A stretch of 64,000 nucleotides of DNA from Candidatus Omnitrophota bacterium (GTDB lineage: Bacteria; Omnitrophota; Gorgyraeia; Gygaellales; Profunditerraquicolaceae). The number at the start of each line of letters is the position of its first letter. Position 1 is the first letter of the stretch. The DNA is taken from assembly GCA_020058085.1 (NCBI GenBank), contig JAGVER010000014.1, positions 33,747 through 97,746 on the forward strand. The letters are read 5' to 3'. This document shows positions 62,191 through 64,000 of this stretch, one piece after another. Both the position numbers and the translations under genes were made by a program. The notes below the pieces were generated by a model. The model was not told the origin of the DNA. It made no database searches and worked only from the letters and a program-made list of their open reading frames with translations.

Positions 62191-64000
62191 CTGATTTTCA
62201 TATTCATTCTAAATACTCCCGAGCCACCAGTCGTAATATGGATGTAAAAAACTTAAGCGAGTGGGCTAAGCTTAAGGGTATCACTTTGATGGGCACCGGA
62301 GATTTTACGCATCATTTATGGCTCGAGGAATTGAAAAATAACTTAGAGGATTGCGCCAACGGTTTATATAAATACAACGGCATTAATTTTATTTTGACTG
62401 CGGAGGTAAGCAGTATTTACTCCAAAGGAGGCAAGACCTATAGGATCCATAATCTTATTTTCGCCCCTTCTTTCAAAATTGTAGATCAGATTAATGATAA
62501 GCTTGGCCGTATTGGTAATCTAGCTTCGGACGGTAGGCCGATCCTGGGATTGGATGCTGCAGAGTTGGCGCGCATTGTTTTTGATATTGACGCAAACTGT
62601 ATGATTGTTCCGGCACATTGTCTTTTGCCGGGGACATTTGTACATACGTTAAGGGGAATGAAAACTATAGAGAGTATTTCTAAGAAGGACCACGTTTATA
62701 CTCATAAAATGCGTTTTAAAAAAGTAACTGAGTTATTGCGAAGAGAGTATCGGGGAGATATGCTACATATTAAACCATATTATTTCAGAATGGGAATTAA
62801 GGCAACTCCCGAACACCCATTTTTTATAATCAAGACCCATAAAAATTGTGCTTCTAGAGGCAGTTTTTGCATGTCAAATTGCTCCCATTTGAAAAATAAA
62901 GGCTGTAAACGCAGGTACTTTAATCAATATTATCCAGAGTGGGTCCGGGCAAAAGATATCGCAGTCGGTGATGTAATGGTTTTTCCAAGGTTCAATGATA
63001 AAATCAGAGATAAAGCCGATATAAAAATTAGCGAACTAATACCGGGGAAATTGGTTTTCAATAAAGAAAAAATAGCATATAAAGGAAACAGGGTCAGTTT
63101 TGTAAAGGACAAAATTAAGGTAGGAGCGGAGTTCTGCAGGTTGGCAGGGTATTTTATTTCTGAGGGTTACACCAATAGCAGGGATTGTATTGCTTTTTGT
63201 TTTCTCAAGGATGAAGCTGCCTATATAAACGATACAATATGTTTAATGAATAAAATATTTGGCATTAAATTATCGAAGATACAATCCAAGAAAAATGTAG
63301 ATGGAGTAGAGTTGATATTTTATTCTAAGGTTTTATACAAACTATTTACTAAGCTTTTTTATACTAATAAGATAATTAAGAAGGCGCATTCTAAATCCTT
63401 GCCGAATTGGATGCTAGGATTGCCTATCGCAAAACAGGTAGAAATTATAAAAGGATGGTGGCGTGGAGATAAGGGTTATACCGTGTCGGAAACTTTGATG
63501 AATCAAATTAAGGTTTTATTTTTGAGATTAGGCGCAATTCCGTCTATCGGAGTTGATTCTATAGAAAAGCACAAAATTCGCGGCAAACATTTCATAGGGG
63601 TAAGAGAAATTTTAGCCAAGCATGATATTTTTCAATTTAATAATCTTTCATTTTTTGAAGACAAATTTAATCTGCTTAAAGAAGAAGAATTTAAGAAATT
63701 TAGAACGAAATCAATAAGCAAGCACGGTTGGATGGATGAAAATTATGTGTATTTACCAGTAAGGAATATAGAAAAGGAAAAATATAAAGGTAAAGTTTAT
63801 AATTTAGAAGTAACGGGTGATAATTCTTATGTTTGCGATTTTGCAGTGGTTCATAACTGCTGGACTCCGTGGTTCTCGCTCTTTGGTTCGATGTCCGGGT
63901 TTGACAGGATTGAGGATTGTTTTGAGGAACAGACGCCAAATATTTTCGCCTTGGAGACCGGACTTTCCTCAGATCCCGCAATGAACTGGCGCATAAGCGC
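62178..64000 (+). CDS. Endonuclease Q-family PHP-domain protein, intein-containing; runs off window
   Basis: MEFIADFHIHSKYSRATS, GTGDFTH, SDGRPILG, PAH|CWTPWFS, ETGLSSDPAMNWR; frame open to window end (absent from ORF track). Confidence 0.88.
   Translation, partial: MEFIADFHIHSKYSRATSRNMDVKNLSEWAKLKGITLMGTGDFTHHLWLEELKNNLEDCANGLYKYNGINFILTAEVSSIYSKGGKTYRIHNLIFAPSFKIVDQINDKLGRIGNLASDGRPILGLDAAELARIVFDIDANCMIVPAHCLLPGTFVHTLRGMKTIESISKKDHVYTHKMRFKKVTELLRREYRGDMLHIKPYYFRMGIKATPEHPFFIIKTHKNCASRGSFCMSNCSHLKNKGCKRRYFNQYYPEWVRAKDIAVGDVMVFPRFNDKIRDKADIKISELIPGKLVFNKEKIAYKGNRVSFVKDKIKVGAEFCRLAGYFISEGYTNSRDCIAFCFLKDEAAYINDTICLMNKIFGIKLSKIQSKKNVDGVELIFYSKVLYKLFTKLFYTNKIIKKAHSKSLPNWMLGLPIAKQVEIIKGWWRGDKGYTVSETLMNQIKVLFLRLGAIPSIGVDSIEKHKIRGKHFIGVREILAKHDIFQFNNLSFFEDKFNLLKEEEFKKFRTKSISKHGWMDENYVYLPVRNIEKEKYKGKVYNLEVTGDNSYVCDFAVVHNCWTPWFSLFGSMSGFDRIEDCFEEQTPNIFALETGLSSDPAMNWRIS
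62619..63857 (+). mobile_element. Intein, 413 aa, with LAGLIDADG-type domain in the EndoQ-family gene
   Basis: Starts CLLPGT, block B ATPEHPF, RLAGYFISEG and IKGWWRGD motifs, ends VYNLEV...VVHN before Cys+1. Confidence 0.92.

Overview
Core chromosomal segment of a low-GC bacterium spanning the replication origin. Gene style suggests a PVC-group organism such as Ca. Omnitrophota (inference only). Genes switch from the - strand to the + strand at rpmH/dnaA (~46.2-46.6 kb), with DnaA boxes on both sides of dnaA. Most genes are housekeeping: gltX, 2-oxoacid:ferredoxin oxidoreductase, dxs, xseAB, rny, pheST, trk, rplT-rpmI-infC-thrS, parAB, yidC, dnaA-dnaN-gyrB-gyrA, glmS and pyrR-pyrB-pyrC, plus 6 tRNAs and a 6S RNA. 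The main surprise is a complete, motif-intact elongation factor G fused in frame behind a 334-aa transmembrane + coiled-coil + Pro/Glu-rich extension, i.e. a putative membrane-tethered EF-G between rarA and a UvrD-family helicase. Other notable items: a LAGLIDADG intein in an endonuclease Q-family gene, an HNH intein in GyrB, a free-standing LAGLIDADG gene inside a tRNA cluster, two families of structured intergenic repeats with compensatory base changes, a recurrent 16-bp -35/-10 promoter spacer, no rnpA at its canonical locus, an RhlA/PhaG-like hydrolase with an ABC exporter, a GH39-like protein lacking its acid/base Glu, and two unannotated small membrane ORFs. All family assignments come from recognising motifs by eye; no searches were run.
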